Below are positions 9,650-20,427 of a stretch of DNA of 64,000 bases, one piece after another. The notes under the pieces were generated by a model. The model worked only from the letters and a program-made list of their open reading frames with translations, searched no databases and was not told where the DNA came from. How positions within the stretch are numbered: the stretch's first letter is position 1; each line of letters starts with the position of its first letter. The stretch lies in the sequence record PV340856.1. One strand, written 5' to 3'. The position numbers and the translations under genes are program-made.

Positions 9650-11496
9650 TGACTAAACCAATTAACATTAGAGCAGTAGCATCAGGTATACGGGGTCCTG
9701 TCGAGGATACCGAAAAAGTAATCGTTAAATTTAGCAAGTTTATACGAAGAAATGATGCAAAGCTGAGAAACTTCAAGTTTCCTAGTCGAAACAGAATGAA
9801 ATATCTCAAGACACTGAACTTAACTGTCTTGGGAAAACACGAAAGGGGTGGATTTTCTTTAGGATTACCAAATCCTTTCAGAACTGTTACTGAAGCAGCA
9901 TTATCTCGAATACTTACGCCTCTGGCCGTCGGAACAATTTTTACCACTGCTGGAGCATGGTTACCTGCCTTAGTACCAGAACTAGTTAATGAACAGGAAA
10001 GAAAAACTGCAAAAACTCCTGGAAGTAGAGAAGAAAAACTTAGAGCACTATATGAACAGAAAAAGAATCTAAAATGGTGGGATTGGATTACTGGAGTTGC
10101 ACAGGAAGTAGACGAACAAATCTATTTCTTAGAAACAGGACAAACTAAATCATATGGTCGAAACTTGACTCCAAGGACACCAAGTGACTTTGATGCTGGT
10201 GAGTGGACAGAAAGAAAGCCCAAAGGTAAATTAGACCTCCAGAACTTTGCTTCATCTGTAGCTGTTTTTGAAAAGTTGGCTTCAAAGGGAGTTTTTACTC
10301 AGGGATTGCCCATCAAACTTACTAATAACACTCAGGGCAAAAACTCACAAGCTACCCCCACAAGCGGAATCTTAAATGTTGCACAATATGGAAAGGGAGG
10401 ATTGCATCCGTTCCCAGGAGGAAACAGTATTACTTCCGACGTTGGAATGAGAAATGGAGACTATCATTGGGGAACCGATATTGCTGAGACAATGAAAGAT
10501 GGAAAGTACAGGTCAAATCCTAGGACTCCAATCATTGCGATGCATGATGGCGTAGTTTTGGAAGAGAAATTTAATAATGAGAAAGACGCATATCTAGCAG
10601 GAATGATGATCAATCATCCCGAGTTAAAAGTAGATGCAAGATATTTGCATATGAATCCAAGTGTTCAACCTGGAGAAACTATAAAACGAGGACAAATTAT
10701 TGGAACTCTCGTTCCTCTGGGAGGATCTGAAACACAATACAAAGATACTCACTTACATTTGGAACTATACAAGCCAGGAACCACAACCGCCTTGGGGAAA
10801 ACAGAATCTAGAAAATTTCTTGGTGGATTGCATAAGGTTCCTTTTGCTGATGTAAATAATGCTACAAAACTTAAACCAAGAAATCAAATACCAGATCCCA
10901 GCGAAGCAACAACAGTTACTCCAAGCACAGAAGTGATACCAACAAAAGAAAATGCAATAGAATCAAAGAAAAAATTGAAGGAATTAGAAACAAAGATTGG
11001 AGATTTAAAGGATTCTAGGGATATTAATAGAGCTGGAGAAAAGGTAAGAATCCCAGAAGTTGGAACATATGTATTTGGTAGGGCTTGGCATGGAGGACAA
11101 GAGGACAAATACTTTAACCCTAATGGTGAACGAATCAGTAGAGATGAGTTTGAAGATAGATTCGTAAAATATGCAGAAAAACTAGAAGGGCAGATAACTG
11201 CCTCTCCAACTCCATCTGCTACCCTAAGTCCATCTATAGATCCAATTGTTACTGATTCATCGACAGTAGATCCTACTAAACGCGAAAGACCTTCTGTAGA
11301 AACTTATCCATCATATAATAGACCCAACAGGGTAAATAATACCATCATAACAAATAATCAATTGCCAGATAAAAAAGGATCGGTCCCACAATATAGTTCT
11401 AGACCATCTAGTTCTGGTGGGGGTATGGTTTATATTGGTTCGGATTTATCTTCAATGGCTTCTTCCATTTTACTCACACAATTATCAGGATCATGA
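9649..11496 (+). CDS. baseplate-associated protein with an M23 peptidase domain
   Basis: YHWGTDIA (HxxxD), ARYLHM, THLHLELY (HxH). Confidence 0.75.
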   Translation: MTKPINIRAVASGIRGPVEDTEKVIVKFSKFIRRNDAKLRNFKFPSRNRMKYLKTLNLTVLGKHERGGFSLGLPNPFRTVTEAALSRILTPLAVGTIFTTAGAWLPALVPELVNEQERKTAKTPGSREEKLRALYEQKKNLKWWDWITGVAQEVDEQIYFLETGQTKSYGRNLTPRTPSDFDAGEWTERKPKGKLDLQNFASSVAVFEKLASKGVFTQGLPIKLTNNTQGKNSQATPTSGILNVAQYGKGGLHPFPGGNSITSDVGMRNGDYHWGTDIAETMKDGKYRSNPRTPIIAMHDGVVLEEKFNNEKDAYLAGMMINHPELKVDARYLHMNPSVQPGETIKRGQIIGTLVPLGGSETQYKDTHLHLELYKPGTTTALGKTESRKFLGGLHKVPFADVNNATKLKPRNQIPDPSEATTVTPSTEVIPTKENAIESKKKLKELETKIGDLKDSRDINRAGEKVRIPEVGTYVFGRAWHGGQEDKYFNPNGERISRDEFEDRFVKYAEKLEGQITASPTPSATLSPSIDPIVTDSSTVDPTKRERPSVETYPSYNRPNRVNNTIITNNQLPDKKGSVPQYSSRPSSSGGGMVYIGSDLSSMASSILLTQLSGS

Positions 11497-12800
11497 GTTC
11501 TCCACTTCAACAGATTCAAATAAAAGAAGCATATCTAACAGGTCCAGAATCTGGTAATTCATATAGTTTTTCTAGAGCAATTGAGAGTATTGATTACTAT
11601 GAGGATTTATTGAGTCCTTCATTGACATGTTATGTGAAGTGTTTTGATACTGATAACTTATATCAAACTTTACCAATTAGGGGACTGGATAGACTTGATT
11701 TAGACATACAAACTTCATTGGGCAACCTTAAATTTAATGAATCTAATAATACTCCATTATATGTTACGAGTGTTCAAGATATTATTACAAAAGATTCTAC
11801 AGAAAGTTTTACGTTATCTTGTTCAACAAAATCGGTTCTTGATAATGAAGTAACAAGGTGTTCTACTAAATTTAACAAGGCTCCTATATCTACTCATGTG
11901 GAGTCCATTTTAACAAATACTTTACTTGTCGATAGTCAAAGAATATTTGTTGAGAATACTGCTAACTCATATGGTTTTATTGGTAATCAGAAGAAACCCT
12001 TTCATACCTGCACATGGTTAGCACCAAAAGCAGTTCCGTTCTCAAATACTGCTCAAGTAATGGGAACTTCTGGAAAAGGGACCAGTGCTGAAGCTGTAGG
12101 AACTTCTGGATTTTTCTTTTTTGAAAATCAAGAAGGATTTCACTTCAAATCAATTGAATCTCTTTGCTCTGAAACCAAAGAATTGTTGTCTGCAGATGAA
12201 AAAGATATTATCACATATCAAAAAACCGATATTATAGAAGCTGGAGATTCTACGTTTAAAATCATCCACTCATATTTGGACAAAAATACGGATCTCATTA
12301 AAAATTTGAGAGTTGGATTATATTCAAACCTAACATATTTTTACGAACCATATGACTGGAATTTCGACGCTTTTTCTTATAAAATCAAAGATTATTTTGA
12401 TCCTTCTTTGGGGAGAACCCAAGGATTGCCTATAGACGAAATTTCTGAAAAGGCTTCTAGAATTCTGGTTAGAATAGGTGATACTGGAATGATTAGTAAA
12501 GATTTTGGAGAAGATAGTGGTAGAGATAACGCTGATATGGCAAAATCATTTTCTAGATATAATTTGCTTTTCACACAGTCACTAAATATTGTAGTGCCAT
12601 GTAATGTCAATTTGAAAGTTGGTGATATTATTCGTTTAATTTTCCCAACGGTCGGACCAGGAAGTTCTAGTGATGAAAAACCAGTTGATAAGGAATCAAG
12701 TGGTAATTATTTGATCAGAAGTTTAAGACATCATTTTGATGTCGCTGGTGGTCAAAACACAACATCGTTGAATTTAGTCCGAGATTCATATAGAATATAA
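11493..12800 (+). CDS. probable baseplate hub protein (gp27/GPD-like)
   Basis: FFFFENQEGFHFKSIESL, LKVGDIIRL, SGNYLIRSLRHHF; lies just before gp5. Confidence 0.5.
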   Translation: MSSPLQQIQIKEAYLTGPESGNSYSFSRAIESIDYYEDLLSPSLTCYVKCFDTDNLYQTLPIRGLDRLDLDIQTSLGNLKFNESNNTPLYVTSVQDIITKDSTESFTLSCSTKSVLDNEVTRCSTKFNKAPISTHVESILTNTLLVDSQRIFVENTANSYGFIGNQKKPFHTCTWLAPKAVPFSNTAQVMGTSGKGTSAEAVGTSGFFFFENQEGFHFKSIESLCSETKELLSADEKDIITYQKTDIIEAGDSTFKIIHSYLDKNTDLIKNLRVGLYSNLTYFYEPYDWNFDAFSYKIKDYFDPSLGRTQGLPIDEISEKASRILVRIGDTGMISKDFGEDSGRDNADMAKSFSRYNLLFTQSLNIVVPCNVNLKVGDIIRLIFPTVGPGSSSDEKPVDKESSGNYLIRSLRHHFDVAGGQNTTSLNLVRDSYRI

Positions 12801-12822
12801 TTATTCCACACTAAAAAAACTC

Positions 12823-13050
12823 ATGGAAAACATCGAAAAGCATATCGAGGAAGATAAGAAGATTCTGGAAACCCCCACAATTTCTCCTCAACAACGTCGC
12901 CATATTGAACATCAATTGGATCAGTTGGAACGTTATGTAGAAAATCATAAAAAAGAAATCGAATCGGGTGATCATCACGATCCTACCGATCTGGAATTAT
13001 ATTGTGAAGATTTTCCAGAATCGGACGAATGCAGAATTTATGAAGACTAA
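12823..13050 (+). CDS. conserved small cyanophage protein
   Basis: SPQQRRHIEHQL...HDPTDLELYCEDFPESDECRIYED; typical of the position before gp5. Confidence 0.65.
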   Translation: MENIEKHIEEDKKILETPTISPQQRRHIEHQLDQLERYVENHKKEIESGDHHDPTDLELYCEDFPESDECRIYED

Positions 13051-13052
13051 TA

Positions 13053-15839
13053 ATGATTGACCACTCTTTATTAAAAACTCAGTATGCTGGTAGAGACGGA
13101 TTTATCTGGTGGATTGGCAGAGTTGCCGATCCACGGGTTTGGCGTGACGAATCTACCGATCCTGAAACAGGGTGGCCATATAGATGTAAAGTAAGAATCA
13201 TTGGATATCACCCATTTGATGGAGCCACTTTAGAAGAAAAGGATTTGCCTTGGGCTCATGTCATGTCCTCTCCAACATCGGGTTCTGGACAAGGCGGTCT
13301 TGGCGAAACTAGTTCCATGATGGGTGGAGAAACAGTTTTTGGTTTTTTCCTTGATGGTGAAGATGCACAACAACCAGTCATTTTTGGATCTCTACAAAGA
13401 AATTTGACGGGAGTCAAAAATACAATCTCCAAAGAAGCAATTGAAGCAGAAAAATCTGCTGGATTTAGTGTTTTTACTGGCAAAATTGCTGGAGAGAAGA
13501 TAGGTCCAACTACTCTACCACCAATAGGAGACAAGACTGTAGGTACTCCAACAGAAAATGCAACTCAAACCTCTGCCAACCCCCAGACTGGTTCTGTGGG
13601 GGATGTGGAGGGTGTTAGAAGGAAAGTGCAGTCTTCTAGTCAAATATTTGGAAACGCATCTCTTGGACCTCATAGTGGATCAAATGCTTGTGAAAATGAT
13701 GCTATTTCCAAAATTACTCATGCAATAGGTAGTTTCTTAAAAACTATCAACTCCTTACAAAAATTTGGTTCTACTTATATTAATGCTGCACAAAACTTTG
13801 TTGCGGACGTAAGAAGAATTATAAGTAGAGCATCCAGAATCATTGTTGGTGCAATGAAAATGATTCTGAATAGTGTTCGTGATAAAATCTTTAAATTCCT
13901 AAACAAAAGATTTCGTGATTTTGTTGGTCTGATTGTACCAGAACCACAGAAATCTCCTGTTGCAGCAGCTTTAAAGAGAATCATGGATATTCTCTTTTGT
14001 ATTTTGGAAAAACTAGGAATCAATATTTTTGATTATGTTTTTGGATTCTTGAACGAATTGGTAGATAAAACTATTGGTGCGTCTATTTGTGGCGTGGAAC
14101 AAGCATCGGCAACGTTAGTTGCAAAGATGACCGATGCCATTAATGATGCAATGAAACCAATTATAGATGGTTTGGACTGGTTAACTGGTGCTATGGGTGG
14201 TGTTGGGAGTCTGCTCGGTAAGGTAAGTGGATATATTAATATGATTATGAGCTTCCTTTCTTGTGATAATTTGCAGTGCAAGGATTATGATGATTGGTCA
14301 CAGGGTTGGGGTCTGTCTACAAAAGCTGCTGGAAATATCTCTAATGTTCTAGATAATGTCACAATTATTAAGACAAATGATTTGGATATTGATCTTAATG
14401 ATTTAGATGCTGCTGCAGGCGATGGCAATTTATCATTCTTGAGTCTTCTGGGTGGAAATATATCTCAGTTTGTTGATTGTAACAATCGAACTCAAAATCC
14501 CACAGATCAGGATGACCTTTCCGATACCGTTCCCGAAGGAAGTCGATTCACTAAGTGTCTACCTCCTAAAGTCAAAATTGTTGGAAGATGCGATAAGAGA
14601 GCAAAAGCAATTCCAATCATTTCGGATGTTGATGGAAGTATTCTTTCTATTGAAATTACTAAGAGGGGTAGAGGATACAAAAATCCTCCAAAAATTTGCA
14701 TTATTGATAAGACAAGATTTGGCGGAGGTGCAATTGCTGAATCTGAAATCGATGATCGTGGTAGATTAAGCAGAATTTTCCTATTGGAACCTGGGTCTGG
14801 TTATTGTCCATCGCCATTTGGGAATCCAGAACCACCAGAACCACCAGATGGTGATGATACTGATTTTATTCCAAATGATCCCAATGATCTTTTGAATCCA
14901 GATCCATTCTCCAATGAGTGTGAAAAAGTTGCTCAACTTAGACAAGAGACATTTAAAGGAAAACCAAGAATTATTAGAGAACAGGGATTTCTCTGGGTAG
15001 ATCAAAAAACACAAGAAGAATATTTTTGTCCAAACTTTGATCCAGTGGTGATCGATCCCGGCGAGCCCGATACTGGCGGCGGGACCACGCCTCCACCACC
15101 GCCGCCAGGGCCTGGTCCAGATGATGGTGGAGATGGTACAGTTACAACTCCAGATCCTGATACTCGGGATTTGGATCCACCGTTTATTATCTTCACCAAT
15201 CCAGCAGATAATAATACGGGAATTTCAACATCTACTAATATCAGAATTAGATTCAGCGAACCAGTTTCTAGAGGAACTGGATCAATCAAAATTTATGAAT
15301 TGACAAGCAATCAATTGCATGAGAGAATTGATGTTACTGATCCAGATATTGTCAAGTTCAATACAATTGATACCATTGTTATTAATCCAACTATAGATCT
15401 AAAACCATCTACTGAGTATTTTATTAATATTGATAGGGGAACTTTTCTTGATGGAGCTAACAATGTGTTCGCTGGTATTGGAAACACTACTGAGTATAAT
15501 TTCTCTACAAGATCAACTGCTGACCCAACAGCACCAGCAACTGGTATTATCACAAGTTTTGTACCAATCAAACCAGGAATTGGATATACGCCAGGTGATT
15601 CGATTGTAGTTAATGGATGTACGTTTGGTCTGAATTTAACTCCAGCGGGAAGTATTATTGGCGTTGAACTTAGAGACTGTAATCATAAATTCGATAGAAT
15701 TCCAAATATCACGATAAATACCAATACTGGGATAGGAGCAGATATACGACCTGTCCTTACATATGATCCAAATCTAACAAGAGACATTGGTTTAGAAATC
15801 AATCAATCTCTCGTTATTCACGTTATCGACTGTATTTAA
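13053..15839 (+). CDS. gp5: baseplate hub/spike gp5 (N-terminal OB fold) with Pro-rich linker and Ig-like (Big_5/SbsA-type) domain
   Basis: GRDGFIWWIGRV, RCKVRIIGYH, DLPWAHV, VFGFFLDGEDAQQPVIFG; PPFIIFTNPADN.TGISTSTNIRIRFSEPV. Confidence 0.85.
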   Translation: MIDHSLLKTQYAGRDGFIWWIGRVADPRVWRDESTDPETGWPYRCKVRIIGYHPFDGATLEEKDLPWAHVMSSPTSGSGQGGLGETSSMMGGETVFGFFLDGEDAQQPVIFGSLQRNLTGVKNTISKEAIEAEKSAGFSVFTGKIAGEKIGPTTLPPIGDKTVGTPTENATQTSANPQTGSVGDVEGVRRKVQSSSQIFGNASLGPHSGSNACENDAISKITHAIGSFLKTINSLQKFGSTYINAAQNFVADVRRIISRASRIIVGAMKMILNSVRDKIFKFLNKRFRDFVGLIVPEPQKSPVAAALKRIMDILFCILEKLGINIFDYVFGFLNELVDKTIGASICGVEQASATLVAKMTDAINDAMKPIIDGLDWLTGAMGGVGSLLGKVSGYINMIMSFLSCDNLQCKDYDDWSQGWGLSTKAAGNISNVLDNVTIIKTNDLDIDLNDLDAAAGDGNLSFLSLLGGNISQFVDCNNRTQNPTDQDDLSDTVPEGSRFTKCLPPKVKIVGRCDKRAKAIPIISDVDGSILSIEITKRGRGYKNPPKICIIDKTRFGGGAIAESEIDDRGRLSRIFLLEPGSGYCPSPFGNPEPPEPPDGDDTDFIPNDPNDLLNPDPFSNECEKVAQLRQETFKGKPRIIREQGFLWVDQKTQEEYFCPNFDPVVIDPGEPDTGGGTTPPPPPPGPGPDDGGDGTVTTPDPDTRDLDPPFIIFTNPADNNTGISTSTNIRIRFSEPVSRGTGSIKIYELTSNQLHERIDVTDPDIVKFNTIDTIVINPTIDLKPSTEYFINIDRGTFLDGANNVFAGIGNTTEYNFSTRSTADPTAPATGIITSFVPIKPGIGYTPGDSIVVNGCTFGLNLTPAGSIIGVELRDCNHKFDRIPNITINTNTGIGADIRPVLTYDPNLTRDIGLEINQSLVIHVIDCI

Positions 15840-16405
15840 TGACACAGGAAACAACCACATTAGAATATTATAGAAATTATCCTGGATTCAGAATTGAATC
15901 TGGGGTTTTGATTGAAGATGGTGAATTGAAAGGAAAGACAAGCGATGTTTCCATCATAACTGATGAGGGACAGGGGTTTGCATATTACAAAGATGGTTAT
16001 TATAAGAGCATCTGTAATGGAACTTCTTATGAAATCTGTGGATTTAAGAGAACTACAGAAGATGATTATGCAAAGATTCTCACTGCAGGATCTGGACATA
16101 TTTTAATTGACGCTCAAGATGGCGATATTATCTTAAAAGGTCGAAATATTCGTTTATCTGCGGAAGATGGTGATGGTGAAATTACTTTAGTATCAGCAAA
16201 ACACATTTATCTTAAGGGTGCGGTAACTCATATTCGAGGAACCAATGTAAATATTCTTGGTACAAATAACTTATCCGTAGGGGGTGCTTTCGTTGAGACT
16301 ACTGGTGGAGTATCTAATGAAGGTGGAACACAGACCGATATCGTTCAGGGTGGATTTTTTGGGGGAATTTTAAAATTTCTAGATAAATTCAAGGATTTTA
16401 TTTGA
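15839..16405 (+). CDS. probable spike/needle protein (gp5 C-terminal beta-helix-like)
   Basis: Repeating short beta strands GHILIDAQDGDIILKGRNIRLSAEDGDGEITLVSAKHIYLKG; follows gp5. Confidence 0.45.
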   Translation: MTQETTTLEYYRNYPGFRIESGVLIEDGELKGKTSDVSIITDEGQGFAYYKDGYYKSICNGTSYEICGFKRTTEDDYAKILTAGSGHILIDAQDGDIILKGRNIRLSAEDGDGEITLVSAKHIYLKGAVTHIRGTNVNILGTNNLSVGGAFVETTGGVSNEGGTQTDIVQGGFFGGILKFLDKFKDFI

Positions 16406-16411
16406 GGCAAT

Positions 16412-17299
16412 ATGGCAGTTACAGGATCTATTGGAATGTTCGGTGATAAAGTAATCATCGGAGCTTTAGATGTATCCTTCTTAGATGCTACTTCTAGAGT
16501 CTTTCCTGGAACATTGGTGTGTAATGGACCAGCATATTTTGGATTAAACGGTTCTGTTGGAGCACCTAGAGCCACTGTAATGATTGGTCCTCCAGTTGGA
16601 GTATCTGCACCCGCATCTCTAGAAGTCATTGGCATTACCAATATTTTTGGTTCTTTAAACGTATTTGCCGTTAGTTCATTTACTGGATTATGTACCAAAT
16701 TGGGGACAACTATCAAAAATGCTTTAAGTCTTAAGAATGGTGTTGATGTAAAAAATGCGTTGGATGTTGGAAATGCAACGGGAGTTAATAACGCGACATT
16801 TACTATCGCGGGAGCATTGAATGTTGGTGGGACAATTAACTGCGCTTGGTTGACATCAGCTATTAACGCCGCAATGTCGTCTCCACCAAAAGGATTTGAT
16901 ATGCACCATCCAACCAAGAAAGGTTGGAGACTAACACATATTTGCATTGAAGGACCTGAAGCCGCAGTATATTATCGTGGTCAACTTCAGGGAGGTAATT
17001 ATATTGATCTTCCAGACTATTGGAGAGGATTGGTTGACTCGGAAACAATCACAGTTCAGTTAACTCCTATTGGTGTATATCAAGAGTTGTCTTATGAAAT
17101 TATTGACTGGGGCACTCGGGTTAAGGTGCTAAATAATGGGGGTGGCGCAGTAAACTGTAGTTATGTGGTCTTTGGTGAAAGAAAAGATGTTGATAAGATC
17201 GTGGTTGAGTATGAAGGAAAGATTGAGGACTATCCTGGACGAGATCAACGTTCTATCGTTGGTTATCATTATGATTATAGACAAGGAGTGAATGGATAA
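16412..17299 (+). CDS. virion structural protein with FDMHHPTKKGWRL.H..IEGPE C-terminal domain
   Basis: Beta-rich N-terminal part; C-terminal motif common in cyanophage tail proteins. Confidence 0.5.
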   Translation: MAVTGSIGMFGDKVIIGALDVSFLDATSRVFPGTLVCNGPAYFGLNGSVGAPRATVMIGPPVGVSAPASLEVIGITNIFGSLNVFAVSSFTGLCTKLGTTIKNALSLKNGVDVKNALDVGNATGVNNATFTIAGALNVGGTINCAWLTSAINAAMSSPPKGFDMHHPTKKGWRLTHICIEGPEAAVYYRGQLQGGNYIDLPDYWRGLVDSETITVQLTPIGVYQELSYEIIDWGTRVKVLNNGGGAVNCSYVVFGERKDVDKIVVEYEGKIEDYPGRDQRSIVGYHYDYRQGVNG

Positions 17300-18999
17300 T
17301 GGCTACAGCAGCGGATCCCGATAAGATTGTAAGCAGACTCAGAAAACAAAGAGATCAACAGGATGCTCAGTTGGAGCAACTTGAGGAACAGTTGGCTCTT
17401 GTCGATGCAATTATTGACGAATATGACGAACTTATTATCAAAATGGATAATAAGAGTCCTGGATTAATTGAAGAACTTAATGATGCTATCAATGTAGTTA
17501 AAGATGCATATCTTGCAAGAATTAGTGCTGGATGTAGAAGTGATCTGGCCTGGATTGAACAAGAACCAACCAACTTCCGAAGCACAATGTTTGATGATGA
17601 TGATGAATATGTTGTCTACAAAGTAGATAAAAATCCAGAAGTATATGATTTTCTTGGGTACTATGGTATGAAATACTTTAGATATCCGAAAAATATCGAA
17701 TATGGTGCTAACGTAACAGATACTTTGCCTAACTGCAATGTAGACTTATTTTCAACTGCTGTTGTTCTTATTCCACAAAATCCCGCACCAATTGGAGGAT
17801 CTGGAACGACATATTTTGAAACTACAGATGCTGAGACACAACAACTTTCTAATGGGCAAAAAACAGTAAAGGTTGGAGATTTTATAACTGATGACCTCAG
17901 GGAACCAGAATATTTTCAAATTGGAGATTTGCCGAAAATTGTTGGTTTTGGAACTACCAGTTACCCTGGGAGAAGAGTAAACCTTACTGGATTTACCACT
18001 GCTGCAGACAACAAAATCTACTTCGATGGTATTGTGGGAGGCATTGCTACAGTAGCCAGGGTTGGAGATTTTGTCTATGATCGGAGTGGAAATGGATATG
18101 TTGCTAATGGTTCATATATTCAAAGTATTGGAGTGTCAACTATATCACAAGATGTAATTAATGCATCTGGCATCACAACGCAAATCACAATTAATATTGA
18201 TTTTGTTGTTCTTAATAATGTATCTCTAGGAACTACAGAAAATCATACTTTCCAAGTTGGAATTGTTTCTACATATGATACTATTTTTATTAGCACTGGA
18301 CCAGTGTCTAAGGCTGTGGAGGGCGATAGTCTTTTGGTTCTTAGACCTCCTGAAGTTGGTGATATTGAATTTAATGCGACAGCAAGTCCTATTGATCCAG
18401 TAGAAATTGGTATTGTACAAGGCAACGATATCGGAAAAGGACACAAAATTGATCTGATTAATAATGGAGTCGAAAATAAAAAGGACAGTTGGCATGAACA
18501 AAGATATGATCCAGATCCACCATACAGTGATGAACCAGTTTACCCAGAACCCGCTGTAGGTAATGGACGTGCATCATATTGGATTGGAAATAGTCTATGG
18601 CCACAACTTACTGTTAATACTGGGGAAGATTCGGATACCTTCTATGCTCCAATAGGCGAAACCGCCATTGTTGGTTCTGCGAATACCGCAGGAGCAAGTG
18701 TAAGTATTACTTATACTTCAATTAGTCCAACAAATCCGTCATTGAATGGTTGTGGATCTTTAGACACCGCAATTACTAATGCAGAAGCTGCTCTTCAAGT
18801 AGTTATCGATAAAAATGTTCCTATCATTGAAAATTATATTCAAGGTGCAAAGGCATTGAGAAGACTTAGGAATGAAGAGGAAACCACAGCTTGGTCATTC
18901 CAACAGGGCATTGGATTTATTAATAACAAAAAATCAACTCTAGATAACGAAGCAAATGAGTTAGAATCATTGGATTGGAAAGATCTCCTTGCGGACTGA
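17299..18999 (+). CDS. virion structural protein (coiled-coil ends, beta-rich core)
   Basis: Long ORF translationally coupled to the tail operon. Confidence 0.5.
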   Translation: MATAADPDKIVSRLRKQRDQQDAQLEQLEEQLALVDAIIDEYDELIIKMDNKSPGLIEELNDAINVVKDAYLARISAGCRSDLAWIEQEPTNFRSTMFDDDDEYVVYKVDKNPEVYDFLGYYGMKYFRYPKNIEYGANVTDTLPNCNVDLFSTAVVLIPQNPAPIGGSGTTYFETTDAETQQLSNGQKTVKVGDFITDDLREPEYFQIGDLPKIVGFGTTSYPGRRVNLTGFTTAADNKIYFDGIVGGIATVARVGDFVYDRSGNGYVANGSYIQSIGVSTISQDVINASGITTQITINIDFVVLNNVSLGTTENHTFQVGIVSTYDTIFISTGPVSKAVEGDSLLVLRPPEVGDIEFNATASPIDPVEIGIVQGNDIGKGHKIDLINNGVENKKDSWHEQRYDPDPPYSDEPVYPEPAVGNGRASYWIGNSLWPQLTVNTGEDSDTFYAPIGETAIVGSANTAGASVSITYTSISPTNPSLNGCGSLDTAITNAEAALQVVIDKNVPIIENYIQGAKALRRLRNEEETTAWSFQQGIGFINNKKSTLDNEANELESLDWKDLLAD

Positions 19000-19029
19000 T
19001 TCTAAATAAAATTACCTTGTACATTAATT

Positions 19030-19683
19030 ATGATACATATTGACTGTTCTAGAGAACCTCTAGATTTTTCACAATACGATCTGGCACAAGATGAGATCTT
19101 TGTGATCGATAATCTATTTCCATGGTGGTTTGTTCATCACATAGACAAAACAATCCTGCATGGATTTGGATGGCAATATGGTCTCTGTAGTGGTCATAAA
19201 AGTAAATCAGATGGTACTCCAGATTGGGATTATGATAAGGGTGCCGATTTCGACTTTGAAGTTCCTTGTTTCAAACAATCAATTTATCCACCTAGATCAG
19301 AATCTGCAAGTGACAGTGCCTACGGAATGTTGTATAATGCAGTGGTAGGTTCTATTGATTTCGATTTAGAACTGGGAGAAATCCTAGTAAATGGACAACA
19401 ATATATCCATAACACTACTATTCATCAGGATTGTAGTTGTGACAATGGATTAAGCTGGATTTATTATGTAAATAAAAGATGGGAACCAGAATGGGGTGGT
19501 CCAACTATCATTGAACATAATGGAGAAACAGTAGAAGTTTTACCAAAACCAGGAAGAGTATGTTTCTTCAAAGGTAATATTCCACATAGAGGTGCTCCTC
19601 CCAATGGAGAATATTACCGAGGACTTAGAGCAACTCTAGTATATAAAACTATGAGAAAGGATCCCCTACCTACTAGACAATGA
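19030..19683 (+). CDS. 2OG-Fe(II) oxygenase
   Basis: IHQD...WEPEWGG...PKPGRVCFFKGNIPHRG...RATLV. Confidence 0.85.
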   Translation: MIHIDCSREPLDFSQYDLAQDEIFVIDNLFPWWFVHHIDKTILHGFGWQYGLCSGHKSKSDGTPDWDYDKGADFDFEVPCFKQSIYPPRSESASDSAYGMLYNAVVGSIDFDLELGEILVNGQQYIHNTTIHQDCSCDNGLSWIYYVNKRWEPEWGGPTIIEHNGETVEVLPKPGRVCFFKGNIPHRGAPPNGEYYRGLRATLVYKTMRKDPLPTRQ

Positions 19684-20210
19684 AGAAAGAAATCTTTGCT
19701 ATTCCAATCTTTGAAGACACTATTGATTTAGAACTATTCAAAGTTCCTCCATGTAAAGATGGAGAAATTATAGAAACTTGGGATTCAAAAGTTCCAACGT
19801 CGTTTAATTCTAAACTAGATATTAGTGAAGATGCTATGCAGCATCTAGTCAATGTCATTGAGAGAAATCTTGGTCCTGAGGGTTTAATTGCTATGAATCC
19901 TCGCATTGAACATATTTGGAGGAATGTATATAAGGAGAATGATTATCAGGATCCACATATTCATCCAGTATGCCAATGGAGTTTTATCATTTATGAAACT
20001 GTCAGATCCAAAACATCATTCTTAAATCCCTCATTGGGCATCGTTCAAGAAAAGTATGGTATGAATTGCCGTGCTTTTCCACCAGACTATAAACCAGATC
20101 TGGAACCAGGAAGTATTATTATCTTCCCGTCAATGTTGCTTCATTTCGTAAATAGTGGTAATATTGGCAGTACAATCTCAGGAAACATCTACATGGATTA
20201 TGGAGGATAA
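19680..20210 (+). CDS. 2OG-Fe(II) oxygenase (TIGR02466-like)
   Basis: WRNVY...QDPHIH, IIFPSMLLHFV, TISGNI. Confidence 0.8.
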   Translation: MKKEIFAIPIFEDTIDLELFKVPPCKDGEIIETWDSKVPTSFNSKLDISEDAMQHLVNVIERNLGPEGLIAMNPRIEHIWRNVYKENDYQDPHIHPVCQWSFIIYETVRSKTSFLNPSLGIVQEKYGMNCRAFPPDYKPDLEPGSIIIFPSMLLHFVNSGNIGSTISGNIYMDYGG

Positions 20211-20211
20211 C

Positions 20212-20427
20212 ATGGAAGAAGAAAAAGTAATTAGAAGTGAACCTAATGCCAAGTATGGCAATGAACTCCTACTAGACAATATTGATTATATTGGTCAAGC
20301 AGTGGGTGATATCATTACCAGACTCAAGAGGCTAGAACAACGGATGGATGCCGTTGAAGTTGATGCAAGATCAGCTAACTTCCAAATCAACAGAGTTTTA
20401 GATTACACTATTGGAGATGGAAAATGA
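20212..20427 (+). CDS. small hypothetical protein
   Basis: ATG at 20212 preceded by GGAGG; 71 aa. Confidence 0.55.
   Translation: MEEEKVIRSEPNAKYGNELLLDNIDYIGQAVGDIITRLKRLEQRMDAVEVDARSANFQINRVLDYTIGDGK

Noticed and set aside
15060-15130. GC-rich island suggesting foreign DNA
   Set aside because: Explained by the poly-Pro/Gly linker codons of gp5
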